DNA from: Phoronis australis
Taxonomy: Eukaryota; Animalia; Phoronida
Assembly: GCA_002633005.1 (NCBI GenBank)
Contig: NMRA01000106.1
Coordinates: forward strand, 167,655 to 231,654
Length of the DNA stretch: 64,000 nt
Reading direction: 5' to 3'
Shown here one piece after another: positions 62,462 to 64,000 of the stretch. Below the pieces are notes generated by a model. The model worked only from the letters and a program-made list of their open reading frames with translations, did not search any database and was not told the DNA's origin. Each line of letters begins with the position of its first letter. Position 1 is the stretch's first letter. A program made the position numbers and the translations under genes.

Positions 62462-64000
62462 GCTTGTAAGAAGCGGAAAAGAAAATGTATGGTGGATTTT
62501 TAGAACATATGCCACGCGAAAACGTTTTTAGACTGAGTACCGGCGCGACCCGCACTGGTTGGAACTGCAGTTATAGTCGGTAAGTTTGTTTATTTTAAAG
62601 CAGCTTTTAAATGAATACTTATTGGAAACTCAAAGTCTGAATTGCAAATGATAACGAATTTTATTTACCCACACAATATTAGCGTTTGTACCGATTAACA
62701 ATTTAGCCAATTTTCTTCGGAGCCCTAGTACTGAGGACTCAAAAGTGTAGTTCTTGAGTCGGCTGATGGTTTCGGTGGCCAGTTGGTAAGTGGCTTATTT
62801 AATTTTTGGCAGATAAATACTGAGGAAATGCAGTTTTAAGTTACACAAATCACTACAATTACCGATACTTACAAAATATTGCCTGTGTACTCTAGTTATA
62901 GACCCCCTACCGGCGAAATTTGAAAAACCCGGCGTTCTGCTTCATTTCAGTGTTCCCAACAGCTTATGGATAATTCTTGTCGGCTGACTCAATTGGTCAC
63001 AGTTATAATATCAGGTACTTACCAATGCCTGGCTTCTTTTGTTTGGGCGATTCGGGAACAGATCGAGGAGTATCAGCATGCTCCACTCAGGCCTGCGGAT
63101 AACACCCCGGCTGCGGTGCAGTAGTGCAGTTGGTGACAACAAGCGCATGCGCCGATAATCAGCCAAAGCTGTGACCTAAGCTAGTTTTATAATAAAAAAA
63201 ACAGTGACTGAGGTGAGATACAAGGTGGCATATACAGAAAGAGAAACGGCCGGCCATGAAACGAATCTTACGTTGACCCTTTCGCCCTCAAGTTGCCGGC
63301 ATGGGCAACTCGACCGCGGTCAGTTGCGTACACTGTACATCTGAACCTCTACCCGGTATTCAGCAACGGCACCATGCTGTTGTAGTTCATTACATCGCCT
63401 CAGGCTGCTGATGTATTCGCCAGTTGCCAGTTCTCTAGATAATTAGACCCATCAGAATTGAAGATCGTGACTGAAAACTTGTTCACTTGATTAGGTTTTT
63501 TGAGTTTTGAAAATATAGGACAAGAAGCTCAGACTTTTAGTTTACAGCCTAAAAAGTTTGTAAAATGTAGCCATGTTTCTCATTAATTTTCCTAGGTGTG
63601 TAACATAATTGGCCCAATTACCAAACCCCCAAGCACCAGTTGGATTTTGAGTAAAGCTCAACGTCATCTAATTCTTGGCACATGCAATCTCCCAATTTAG
63701 TGAATGACACTCTAATGAGGTGGGTGACCACGAATTGACAAATTCTTCTACGGCATACCAAAATATCAATAAATATATTCAAAAACTAGAACAAAATTGC
63801 CCCGTCTCGATGATGGGTTAAGTTTACGTGCGAAAATCCACCGTAAACAGCGAAGTACATCCCTGCTACTAATACCTAGGAGTAAACTCGTTTCAGTTGT
63901 TCTTTGGGGACTCGCGGGAACGTCATGCATGTATTGAAGTGTTCATACTGCTAGCAACAGCTCTCACCCGTTGTCCGTAATTTAACAGAGATGGAAGACC

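Overview
This is an intron-rich animal genomic window. It is probably an invertebrate bilaterian, inferred from gene style and repeat families, so the prokaryote-style ORF track mostly shows exon fragments and noise. Splicing by hand gives five protein-coding genes. (1) The 5' part of a miRNA-class Argonaute on the minus strand, running off the left edge. (2) An intronless DDAH on the minus strand. (3) A TRAF6-like RING/zinc-finger/coiled-coil gene that appears to stop before any TRAF-C/MATH domain, on the plus strand. (4) ATF4/ATF5 with the classic two-uORF leader, on the plus strand. (5) An 11-exon class III alcohol dehydrogenase/GSNO reductase (ADH5) with one GC-AG intron, on the minus strand. 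The rest is non-autonomous DNA transposons (hAT-like MITEs, a Kolobok-like THAP remnant, a Helentron-type element rich in CTCF-like motifs), a decayed LINE, tRNA-derived repeats, minisatellites and two assembly gaps. The standout observation is in Argonaute. The 137-nt exon encoding the L1 linker is present as two anciently diverged tandem copies separated by a 63-nt intron, with the hallmarks of mutually exclusive splicing and a candidate docking/selector RNA duplex around it. Secondary highlights are a RORE cluster upstream of DDAH, the MATH-less TRAF, chained uORFs on the Argonaute leader, and a C-terminally extended ADH5. All exon models are manual and lack transcript support.
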